From Marsupella aquatica (lineage: Eukaryota > Plantae > Marchantiophyta), in assembly GCA_973895155.1 (NCBI GenBank), contig OZ316898.1:7179079-7243078 (forward strand): 64,000 nt of DNA, in the 5' to 3' direction. The position numbers and the translations under genes were made by a program. The notes under the pieces are model-generated. The model ran no database searches, was not told where the DNA came from, and saw only the letters and a list, made by a program, of their open reading frames with translations. Of this stretch, positions 1-11,946 are shown piece by piece; position 1 is the first letter of the stretch, and every line of letters begins with the position of its first letter.

Positions 1-731
1 AAGATCCAGACCATATAACCATTTTATGACCTTGGCCTAAGTTCACTTAGGGCCCTGTTTAGACACCCCTATTGAGCTACTGGTCTGCATTTATTACAGT
101 ACATCTCAAAGAGATTTATGGGGTTGAGGTCTCGGACAGGTGATCTAAAATCCCAATTTCATTGACCAGGCCCTGGTTGTGACACGCCCTATTAATTAAG
201 CTACTGGTCTAAATTCCCAGTGTCATTCCCCAATCGAGGTTTTGGGTTTACTGATCTATGCACCTCCAGCGATCGAATGCAAGTGCTGTTTCGTGCGGAT
301 CCTGGTGAATCGTTGTGGAACTTCCACTGAATCTGTGTTTGGTTTGAGCTTGCTGTTCTGCCTTCAGCTCTCTGGGAGCTCCGAATTACGTATTCGTGGT
401 TTTGGGTTTACTGATCTATGCTCCTGAGTCTTCCAGCGATCGAAAGAAATGGATAGACTCGAAGAATAAGCTAATGCGGCATGTTGATCGAAATGTGATC
501 GAAGCATTCGGCCTGAATACTTTAGATCCTTGTGTTTCAGGGTTTTGTGGTGTATGAAGAGTTCGGAGATCGAAGCCAAGTGATTCCAAAATGCAAATCA
601 ATGCTGCACGGTGTTGATAGAAATGCGAACGAAGCAATTGGGTTAAGTAATTTCGATACCTGTGACATCCGGAGCTTTGTCCTCTCTCTCGCTCGGCCTC
701 GTTCGCAACATACGGATCGGGGTGGAGCGTC

Positions 732-739
732 TAGGGTTT
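732..739 (-). promoter_or_regulatory. Telo-box (AAACCCTA) just upstream of the bL25 start codon
   Basis: TAGGGTTT at 732-739. Telo-boxes are typical of plant ribosomal-protein gene leaders. Confidence 0.45.
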
Positions 740-772
740 TAGGTCCGGGTGATTGGATCGGAGTTCAGCAAA

Positions 773-2243
773 ATGCGTGCTCATCTTTTGCCGTTGATTG
801 CACGAGCCGCTATAGAAGCTGGGAGAGATTCGTCATCGTCAACTACAAAAGCCCTGGTGACTGGAATTTCTGAAGTACCTGGAGTTTCTGGAATCGTTGG
901 AGTATGTAGAGGTTTGAGAGTTGGGAGAGCTTTAGGGATCGATTCTAGTGCCGGACAGTTTGCGTGGAGAAGAGAATTCGCTTCCGTAGCTGCGATCGAT
1001 CAGGAAGATGATAGACCGCCGAGTATGCGCAAGTCAGCGGCGAAGAAAGAGGACTTGGTGCTGCGAGCATTTCTCCGGGAGAACAGTGGCAAAATCCCCG
1101 CAAAGAAGGAGAGGAGATTAGGGTTGGTACCGAGTATCGTTTTCGAGCAGGAGAAAATATCGGAGAAAAGGCTCATTTCATTGGAGCGGAAGCAGCTGGA
1201 TGACATTGTAAATAGACTCGGGCGAACTTTTTTCCTGTCAAGGGCGTACGAGTTGGAAGTCTATGACAAGCCTGGGCCTGACGGACAGCTTCTCTCCAGA
1301 GAGATGGTCTTACCACGCACGGTGTGTTGTAGCCTCTTCTGGAAACTCTCCTTGTAATTTTGTACTATATGTGTAGCTCTTATCTAGGAGGTGGTGCATG
1401 TCCACATTTGTGTAGATTGGAACAGTGAGGTCCTAGCATATCAGCATTTTCAATCATACGAGACAATTGTCTGTGAGTGTGCAGATTCACCATTCTGCGG
1501 AAGACAAGCTTCTGAATGTCACTTTCATGAAGGCACTTTCAGACTCACAAGTGAAGGTGGAAGTTCCAATCATGTTTCTGGGAGAAGATTCCTGCCCTGG
1601 AATTCGTAGAGGTATCATTCTCTGCTTCGCATCCGCCCTGTATCAAATCTGGTGTTATGGATGTCTTGTCCAAGGCTTTTGTTCTGGACAGTACTCATGT
1701 ATGCAGCCATCTAAATCAGATCAATCGTTCTTTAATGCAACCTTCTGACACAGTAGGTTATGTTAAGTCGAACTCAGCAGGTAGGACCTTCATTACTGGG
1801 ATGTAGTAGTTGACTTCTAAATCCAGGTAGTCTCATTAAATTGGCAACCCCAGCAGCCCGGATGGATTTACCCCAATCTTTTTTATTTTGGGTAAATTCT
1901 GCTGCAGCCTAGCTGGAAATATTGTCAGCCTAGGTTTGCTGTAGAGCTAGAAGTCTTCACTATTGCCTGCAGTATGGCACGTTGATCTAATGAATTTGAG
2001 GAAATCTGGGTGACAGGTGGGTATGTCAACACTATCATGCGGGCAGTTCCGTATCTTTGTCCGATAGATGCAATCCCTCGTTTCCTGGAGGTGGATATCA
2101 GCACCCTCGATGTTGGTGATAAGGTTCTACTTAAGGACTTGAAAGTGGATCCTCGGCTCAAGCTAGTGAGGAGGGACACCTTGTTGCCGGTTTTGAAAAT
2201 AATGGGAACGAGAACTGTGGAAGCAGCCGTCTCGCCAAAATAG
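773..2243 (+). CDS. Organellar 50S ribosomal protein L25/TL5 (bL25, with C-terminal Ctc domain); 3 exons
   Basis: Exons 773-1321, 1485-1611, 2017-2243, all GT-AG and in phase. Motifs: RENSGKIPAKKERRLGLVPSIVF, LNVTFMKA..VKVEVPIMFLGEDSCPGIRRGGYVNTIMR, IPRFLEVDISTLDVGDKVLLKDL. The Arg/Ser/Ala-rich N-terminus resembles an organellar targeting peptide. Confidence 0.9.
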
Positions 2244-4028
2244 TAAGTTTTGTTTTGAAGCTACCAGGAAGTTTTAAGAGGAGTTGACACCGTGGAAAGG
2301 GTTTACTCAAAGGTTTCTGGAATGGCTGTGACAGTTCCGTCCTCAAGTCTCCAGTCTAGTCCAACAATCCAAGTTGCTTCCGAAAGTCGCCAAAACTGTG
2401 GACAGGAACATAGATAGCTTAGAAGGTAGTTTGAGAAATTCTCCCTCAACCCAGACCGACTTGTCTCTCGTTGGTCCGAATGCATAGGTGCGTGTTTACT
2501 CACAAAGAATGATTTAGAAACTCAGTTGAAGGTGATCACCAAGGTGCAGAGCTCCATTTCTTGACAACCCCAGCCTTGTCAACAGTGCCAGCAAAGGTAG
2601 GTAGTATATTTTCATGATGCTTATGAACGACGGATGAAAGAAACCTTAACGGGTAGTTTGAAGACTTGCAGCCATGGCTGAACAAGTAATACGAGTGAAG
2701 TCCATAGTATTTCTCTGAGTTAGCTGTAATCTGCAGCATACAAGATACAAGGCCGGCGAGGATAGAATGCACGTGCAAAGTGTGTACTCTAAATCTTATG
2801 GCTGCTATCCTGCCGTTAGAGCATACCTGTCTTGGAATCGTAACGATTTTAAAAGTGTGCTTTGAACTTGTCCCGGCTGTTCGCAAATATATCTTTTCTA
2901 GTGGGGATTTGTTTGTTTCACTCGCTGGTGGGCGAAACAGCTTGGCTTGTGTTTAGCCTTTCTTCTTCACCAGCAGGCAGGCAGATGGATTTGCTTGATT
3001 GTGATAGCAGGCACAGGAGGGATAGATGAGGATATGAAAGGTCCGAAAGCACTTTTGGAGCTGTGCTAAATTGAGTGCTTTAAGAGAAATTGGCAAAGCT
3101 ATCCGAGCTTGAGTTTTTACAGTATGGTTACTAACGCCTAACTCGTTGTCCAAGACTTAAAGTCATTTATTCTTAAGTGCTTTGAGGAAAATTCACAAAT
3201 TTGAGCTTGAATTTTCACAGCATTGTTACTATAGCCTACACTTGCAAGATCTGGCTCGTTTCCAAGACTAAAAGCTAGTTGCTGAATTAGTGTGACATTT
3301 TAGGGGGTGGAACCACTCATGGGCGGCATACAGAGAACATAATCAGGGGCAGACAAGCGGCAGAAGCACCCAACCGAGATGCGGTGAGTTAGTATTGTGC
3401 TTCAGCATTGAGCCTTAATATAAGTCTACATAGATTGGATCCCTTCAAAACTGAAGAGCCTTGATACTAGGATGGATCAGAATGACTGGACTTGGACTCT
3501 GATTAATCAAACACTTGTTTAACACCTAGAAGAATGCCATTTTGTAGAAAGGAAAACTGTTATCTGAGTACCTAATAATGTTTCAGGATGAAAGTGGATC
3601 TAAACCACAATACATTACTGACCTGGTCCATCGAACACATCCGAGCCAATGTCCTTTACACAAAGTAGGACAGTTTTACTAGCCCGTTCAGTAATACCAC
3701 AGGTTCATGACAAAACAATATAGAAGCTAAACTATCATCCAACCAGGATCAAATGTACTCCCAAGCCCATTGCCTTCATCTACCATTTTCTGAGTGCCCC
3801 ATTGATTGATCCATACTCAGGACATGGCAACCCATATTCCCTTACACATCTCTAGTCTCATTCAAGACACTCAGTTTTCCAAGATTCCTAGCCGCACTTA
3901 ATCAACAAATTAATTCTCTTACATGAGATGCAACATGCATGCTTCTAATCTTGAGGGGCTCCAGCCTTGCCCCACTTGCACACCAAAGCAATCTCCTGAG
4001 GTCTGATCTAGATTATTTCATTTGTCTG

Positions 4029-6015
4029 CTACAATACATTTAAAACTTTTGAAAGGTTATTTGTAATGCCTGATGTCATTGCTTCGCGCATAAAACCCCC
4101 CATTGCCTGTTCAGCAAAAGTTTGAACTTTCTTTTTTGATTCTGAATGGCAAAGATCCATGCTTATGTCAGAAAATATGTGTTCATTGGAGAGGGACACA
4201 ACAGTCATGCAGCTCATTAATTAATATTTGCTCGATAGACTCTTTGGGAACTACTGTAGGAGTTCTTTCTTGGAATATTTATCAATATAGACAAAAGACA
4301 TTCAAGATAAAGGCTCACAAAAAATAACTACATTAATAAATCCTTACAAACTTTTTAAGTCCTAACTAAAGCCCAAATCAATATTCAAAGCTATTTGTGC
4401 TCAGTCATTTTGTAAAATCAACTACAGCAAGGACAGGGTTATGAAAGATTTGAGATGAGATGTGCACACCCTTGTGGCACTTTGTGAAACCGACGATATT
4501 GGAGGCACACATTGTCAGGGCTATAAGATCAATCATGAGAAAATCAAAATTAAACTTCAGGAGTGCAACAATTGCAAAAAGAGTCCAGATCGCTGGCTGC
4601 ATAAAGAACCAGAAAGTGTTGTCAGTAAGCCATTTGCTTGAAATGGAGCATGGGAATTGATACATGGAAAATGTTTGTTTGTTTCTTTTGTATATGCATT
4701 ATGTTTTCTTGAGCAGGTCATTTGAAAGGCCTATGAGCAGATCATTCAGCTAGAATGATAAATGTGGAGACTCACAGTTACATATAAGCTTGTCCAAAAG
4801 AGTATTGTGTCGTTCTTGTTCAATCCTTCTAAAATCTGGGGATGTGCATGTTGTACAATTAGATTAGACAATCTTGAGGCTTTTCCACTAACACTATACC
4901 AAGTGAGAGATGACTGTAGATACATTCTCATGTTTATCCTAGCTTGTAAAAATGTGAATTCTCTTATCTTGGAAGTTGGAGTGAACTTATCTAACCATAT
5001 ATTCATCCTATTTCATCGCATGATAAGCATTTCATTCATTAAAAAATAACTCATTCGACAAACATCCAATTGAGCACAACATGCACTTCAGTAAGCTTTG
5101 GCCATTATATATTTTTAAAGGAAAAAATGTGATCAAATATATGGTGGACTTGCCTGTCGATCAAGGGACTCAAACCGCCAAATACTACTGCCACGTTGGT
5201 CACTTTCATTCCAGTACCTTAGGCCAACCAATATCCTTCCACTGACATTCTTTACAGTCCAAAAATCAAATGCCATCAACAAGACTATAAACACAAATTG
5301 TAGGACAAAACTGCTTGTCATCCACCCTCCAAAAATGTACAAAAATATTGCTGAACCCTGTTGGATGCATATCAATGTATGGTTAGAGATCTTCAAAAGC
5401 CTGACCAAACAGTTTGTTTTCATGTTACCCAAATAGAGAAATTTCACTTAATAGTTTCAGTAAAGAGTATGCGCATCCTCAAAATTCAGATACAAATTAA
5501 TATGGTAACATTGCGGAGGAGAAGACCTTTTGGAGGAGATGGATGGGACATACCTTAAATAGAACATGGAAGAACACTGTTTTTGGGTTACTGTAAGAGT
5601 GTGTTTGAGAGGGATTTTGCTGCGCATATGGTGCTTGACCATGGTGAGGTTGTGCTTGTTGTCCATATTGTTGGTGTTGTACTCCCCCTTGTTGATACTG
5701 CTGAAAGGTTTCTTGGTATGGTTGCTGATTTCGTGGGTTAGTGTATAGTTGTTGGGTTTCCCTCTCATCTAGCTGTTGAGGATAGCTTTGGTACCCAGGT
5801 TGTTCCTGTTGTTGCTGTCTAGCTTGTTGTACAAGGGCTTGCCTCTCGTAAGGTGGGTGGTAAGGTTCTTGTGCTTGATTTTGAGGTTGTATATCTCTTT
5901 GAGCTCGAGCTTGGTAATTTTGCTGCTTTTGAACTTGATGGGAGGGTTGGAACGTGCTTCTAGATGCTTGGCGTGTTGGTGATGGTGTGGGCGATGGTGA
6001 TCCTGGGGTTTGACC
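4029..6015 (-). CDS. ECH: ECHIDNA/TVP23-family Golgi/TGN membrane protein with a long Q/P/Y-rich N-terminal extension; start-codon exon unresolved
   Basis: Exons 6015-5554, 5357-5154, 4835-4776, 4596-4470, 4141-4029. The spliced protein reads YSNPKTVFFHVLFK|GSAIFLYIF..FDFWTVKNVSGRILVGLRYWNE..WRFESLDRQ|ILEGLNKNDTILFWTSLY..|PAIW..SNIVGFTKCHK|ESKKKVQTFAEQ, colinear with the ECHIDNA/TVP23 family. Intron 5153-4836 has a GC donor. Confidence 0.88.
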
Positions 6016-8790
6016 CTATAACATTCAATGCCACTAATGAAGATTTCCAATCTAAAACATTGTAACGGTTTACTGTGCAAAAGGTCTAACCTAGTAAGGA
6101 ATGAGGTCAGGAAGCTTGTCAAAGCTCTTTAGGGTGGAATGATCTCATCATGGGATGCTTAAGGAATGAGTTACCCACCTGTTACTCCATTTTATTGTCC
6201 CAGACTATGGAAATTGTATGATATGACTATTGCTATTCATGAAATTGTATGATATGACTGCTATTCATTGAGCAGATACTACTTAACAAACTTTGGTGGC
6301 CTCTCACAACAGGCATTTGCTATAAACAAGACTGCTAAACAAATTAAACAAATAATGTTATTAAAAAAGCTTGTAGTTATATTCACCTTATCAAGATACC
6401 ATTGTATCATTTAGACGACATGCATGAATTAACTGAGAGGACTCAATGGTAGATAGAAGTCAATTCAACCTGAAGGCATATATAATTTCAGTTTGTCATT
6501 CAAGCGTATTTAGTTGTGCGGAGGAATAATAAAACTTAGGTACGGTATGGATTTCAATTACATTCCTCACACCTAGCTCTAAAAAAAAAACAAGAGAGCT
6601 AGCTGGTTTTGGAATTACCATTGGAGAATTATGGTTGCAGTCTATTCAAGCATAGATTGAATAATATCAGCTTGTTACCGTCATGAAACTTGCAGATGTG
6701 AGCACATCATGAAACTTGCAGATGTGAGCACTAACTGGAAAATGGGAAATGAGATCAGCTAAACACGATGTATACTCTTCACAACACTGACTCTAACTTG
6801 AATCCTCAAGGCTACCATGATTAGAAATCACAGAATGTAATGGAACAATTTCACACTAGGATTTGAAAATGATCTTCAATTATGAATATAAGATTCCAAA
6901 TCATGAGGCTTTTGAAGTTCAGGTTGTTGTCCAAGGTAGGAAATCAATCTTGGAATGTTCAATTTCAATAGGATTGAATGAAATTTGCTAATAGCAATAG
7001 TCGACACCTGCTCTTCAAGTCAAGTTGGGTCCAAATTGTCTCTTGCATTCAATACTTTTCATCCTTTCTTATATCTGCATTATACCTGAAATTATGTATT
7101 AATACTAATTTAATTCCTAGTTTCATTTAATACACATATGGGTTTGACTATTTACGTATTTCAGTCATTCAGTACTTGATGATATATCAAACTTGCACAC
7201 AACCATGGGATCCCTTAGAGAGCCAAACCTTGTGCCAAGAACAGGACACTGCCAAACATTACTCACCTTACTAGCTAGACTATGTCTGTGCTCACAGAGA
7301 CAAAAGAGACATAGTTGTCATCAAGTTTGAGTCATGGATTTGGCCCTTTTAAATCTTCCTTGCCAAATATGTGCATAGTTCTTCCTTTAGTTTATAGAGG
7401 GCTTCCAAACACCCTAACCTCTTAAAAGTTGAGATGATAATAACTTAAGGAGTTAGCTTGTTGTATTAACAAGATTTGTTTCTCAGAGAAATAACAACTA
7501 TATAGATTTTGCATAATTGCTATAATTTGTGTAGAAAACAATTTTTTTCATTAATTTACACAAACTAAGAATTTAATAATTTATGTATTGGCAAATTTTA
7601 GAGATCTGAAACTATAACCAGCTCCAAGTTGCCAACTGCCAATTTCAGTAAGAATGGGGATTGCCAAACCAACCCGCCATTCAGACCTCCATTTGCATTC
7701 ACACTAGAAGAGACACATGCGAGACTGATTTGTGCAATTTAATCAAGATTGATTTGAAAGTAACTAAGTAAGCATGAACAACCTATATGGGAATGGAGGT
7801 CACTCAGTTTTGGATTGGTGGGTTTATCAACTTTTGATGGTTGTATGGAATTTAATTCCTCTAACACATACCTCTACCTCTAGGACTTGCAGAGGCTTGG
7901 TCACCAAACCTGCTGAGATGCTATTAATGAGAGCCATGGATCTAATTTAGGGGTTGCTCTGAGGGCCATGGGCTCTAGGGTATCATGAATTACACAACAT
8001 ATTTTAAAAACCTTGAAGAACAAACGAGGACATGGATTGAGAGTCTAGAGTCCATTAATGTTGAGTAAATTAATGTTGAGCAAAGCCTCGCCCATAAACA
8101 ATATGCACATGTGAAACATGCAACTAAGAAGTAATTGGCACAAAAAATAAATGGCTAATTTCTCTGTAGATCATGTTCACAGGGACACATAGTTCAGATG
8201 AATTTATTGTACTCTAGGTTTGTCATCCATACCAAGTCTTTAGAGCACAAGCTTTCTTGTCGCTCAAATAACTTCAATTCTCTTACAATGAATCTAAGTT
8301 CTACTCACATGGTAACTCTTGCTTGTGCATATATTAAGTAACTTAAATAACCTTGATCAAGTACCTGATTTTGGTCGGACTAATTACAGTTAGAAAGAAA
8401 CTCTATTTCCAAAACTAAATGCCTAACTATTAAATCCAGACACCCAGCCTGAAATTTTTTATGTGAGGCCAAATGCTGGTGTCATCTATTGAAATTGACA
8501 GTAAACGCAAGTTTTGAATAACATAAACAAAATACCAACAAAACTAGACTGAGAAAATATTTTGGTTGGTTGGAAAATCAACTTGAGAAAAGAACTGTAC
8601 AGTGCATCTGGTCACGGAATCCATCCAGAGATGCGCATCTCAGTATCTTCTCATCTTCTCCCTTGGACGGCTCACAGAGAGTACACCTGGCCAAAAGCTG
8701 CAATGTAACACAGTAGCCCGTCAGGTCATGCTGACTTCATTACCTGACGATTTACACGCCCTTTACAACCCGTTCCCGTCATGGTGACTC

Positions 8791-8987
8791 CAGTGTCACT
8801 TGACGTGGCGCATTTACACTTCGTTCACGAGCCCTTCTGGTGACGCTGGCATCATCAGTGTCACTTTACTTGGAGAATTTACACTTCGTTTACGAGCCCT
8901 TTGGGTCACGCTGACATCACCAGTGTCACTTTACGTGGCGCATTTACACTTCGTTTACGAGAACCCTTCGGGTCACGCTGACACCAT
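8791..8987 (+). repeat. Three tandem copies of a ~65-bp unit upstream of ARD
   Basis: Units start at 8791, 8856 and 8921 (CAGTGTCACTT..CATTTACACTTCGTTTACGAGCCCTT..GGTCACGCTGACATCA). Copies 1 and 3 carry ACGTGGC. Confidence 0.9.
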
Positions 8988-9259
8988 CAATGTCATGTCA
9001 TTCGCTCGATCCACATTTTCTCCGTGGGCGATGAAGAAACGAGCTTCAGCGGAAAATCGGCCCTCGCTTTGTCTGCCATAGCTTTTCGTTCATTTGGGGC
9101 GTTGGACATTCATCGAATCGATTCAAAACAAATCTTGCGAAATTGAGCAGCCTGTCTCGCAGGGCCTGTTCTGTGGTGGTTTAAGACTGAAAACGCAGTC
9201 TGTGGGGGTTTAATTGTTGTGGAGTTTGTTTCAGACTCGCGAAGTGAGGGTCGGGAGCT

Positions 9260-11946
9260 ATGGGGATTCAGGTTAGTACAGCAGAGCACACCTCAGCTCG
9301 TCTTGTCGTTGATTGATCAAGCGTGTTTCGGTCGTAAATGGATGGTTCGTCGGTGCCTATGTGTGGCTAAAACCCTGTTCGTTTGATGTCGTTGGATTGT
9401 TTCCGTCTCGTGTTTGAAAGAGCGTGGTGTTGAAGTTGTCGCCGATTGGTGGAGGATGAATTTTGGTTGAATTTGCGGGTGTCCGTCTGGCCAAAGATTT
9501 TTCTGCCGTGCAATCTGTGTGTTGTCGGGATCGATTTTGGATTCTGACTTTTAGGAGTGGATTCGTGGGGATGCAACTTTTTTGGGTCTGCGTTGGATTA
9601 GTAGGCTTGGATTTCTTCAATTCGTCGTGGATTTGTGGACATGAGTGCAGTGTGAAACTTTAGTGGTTTGTTTTAGATTCCAGACCTCAATCCTTGTTCG
9701 CTCTCAACATTTGGAACTTTGTCATTCGCGCGGCAGGTTGATGGACCGCAATCTCGAGTTTTGGAAGCGTGGTATATGGATGATTCTTCGGAAGATCAGC
9801 GCCTTCCTCATCGTCTCAACCCTAACGAACCCGTGTCTGCGAAGACGTTAACAGGTGTTTATTGCGTACCCTATCGATTGCCGTGCTCAGGAGTAGATTA
9901 TGGTATTATATTTGCATTTTGGAATAAGGTCTGAATACAAAAATTTGAAGTAGAAGATCTTAACGTTTGCTGTCAACTTTAAACGTGGTGAATCCTTCAA
10001 ACATAGAGTTGTTACCGAGATCGATGCCTCAGTCAAATTTTTTTCTTCAGAACGCCATTGTACATGTGGGAAGCGATAGATCTTTTGAGTGTTGAAGGAA
10101 TGATTGCCATCTAATTGTGCAGGAAGAGGAAGTAATAGAGCTTCTTCTAGTAATAATCCGCCTCGGCCCATCTCCCCTATAGGCATAGCAGCATTTGTTG
10201 GGATGGAGCAAGGTCGTTTGTCTTTTCAGACAATTGTTCGACAATGCAAAGCCGTTGTGTTTGTTGATCTGAATAGCGCATTTTCTCATCTCATTGCAAG
10301 TGACATGTCGTTTGGACTTTCTCAGACTTGGGGGTACTTCAATGGGTGCTGGATGCCGACAAGTTTGAAAATGACCCTGAGCTGGAAAAAATCCGCAAGG
10401 ATCGGAATTACAATTACCAGGTCAAGGGCGCTCTTGTTTTGAAAATAGGCTGTTCCATTATATCGTTGATCCATCCCTTGTGTGTCATCTTTAAGACTCA
10501 ATTAAGTTTTCTGAAAGTGAGCCTGATAATAAGTACGCTATTTGAGGTTTCTACTCTATTGTGAAATATCGCAATACATGATTGGCGTTTTGAGAAGACT
10601 TTTCTGGCAAAACTCTGTTCAATTCCTGGCTTGGAAATCCACCGTCAGGAGCCAGGAAATGTAAGACTTGTGCCTAAGAGTGGAAAAACTAAGGACGGGC
10701 TTTCTGTAGTTTGTGTCAGATGTCCCTGCTGTGGATTGTCTTCAAAAAATTGAAGAATGGCATCTCTAGGAATTAAGCTTCTGTAGGTGGTACTTGAGGT
10801 GCTGGCTTTGGATTGATCGTCTAGCCGTAGACATTCGATTATCCATAGTCTTAGGCTGCCTGCCTCCCTTCCAGTGGGGAAGTGACTTCCTACTTAAACT
10901 CATTCTATTCGTTTTCTAGCCGGTATTCTAATCAGCACTGATACATTCTTTTCCGGAACTCACGGCCAATTCCCTGGTCTCCCGTGCAGGATATCATAAC
11001 TGTGTCACCTGACAAGCTGGCTAACTATGAGCAGAAAATAAAATCTTTCTACGAGGAACACCTCCATACGGATGAAGAAATTAGATATGTCCTTGATGGA
11101 GGCGGTGAGTGCTCGATTTCGACCTCCTTCTGAGTCGGAAGGTTGTAAGATGTTCACGCCAGTAGTTTCATCTTTTCGTTTATACTGGATCTACCTTGCA
11201 ACCCAGGAGATTGTGTCTGATGGGAATTGTACGCCCCTTGCCAGGCTACTTTGATGTTAGAGATGCTGAGGAGCGCTGGATACGAGTATGGACAAGGAAG
11301 GGAGACATGATTGTTCTACCAGCTGGAATTTATCATCGTTTCACTTTGGATGAGAGCAACTACATTAAGGTACTTAGAGTAAACCCAGTGGAATTGTGAA
11401 TGCGTCCCTTCGTCAATCACGACACCTTAGTCCTACTTATTGTCAATCCAGGAAGCTCTAAGGGTGAGAAAGTCACCGGAAGTTGCGACTACCCTGCATA
11501 ATAATAGCGCTTTGGTCCTTTCGGTTCTCGGTTTCACCAGCACTTCATAGGCAATCTTTGTTCAATCTTACGTGCCGGAGGAGGAGGGGAACAGATGGTC
11601 CCCTGTGTTCCTGAGTGATCTATTAACACGTATGAGTCGTTTATTGTTTTGCAGGCCATGAGACTCTTCATTGGCGAGCCGGTATGGACCGCACACAACC
11701 GGCCACAGGAAAATCATCCCATCAGGTACGGCAAGCGTCCCCAGACTTCACAATTGCCCTGCTCCACCTCAGGCATCTGCTCTGTCGTTCCATTTAAGTG
11801 GTTTTGTGCCCTGCAGTAAATGCCAACGTATTTTGACGTGAGGATAGGAACCTTACCTGATCCAAGTTGTATCCTATGGTGACAGGCAGGATTATGTCAA
11901 CAGCTTCTTGAAGGCACACGCAACAACTGCTGTTATAGCACACTGA
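9260..11946 (+). CDS. ARD: Acireductone dioxygenase (methionine salvage/Yang cycle); 7 exons
   Basis: Exons 9260-9271 (MGIQ), 9737-9854, 10326-10420, 10990-11104, 11245-11369, 11655-11725, 11886-11946. Motifs: [15 protein letters not shown], metal-binding [42 protein letters not shown]. Confidence 0.95.

Noticed and set aside
5457-6122. ORF-track entries over the Q-rich region (5457-5768, 5769-6122, 5566-5748, 5776-5982)
   Set aside because: Shadow frames of the Q-rich exon; only the unlisted frame joins the ECHIDNA motif and splice sites.
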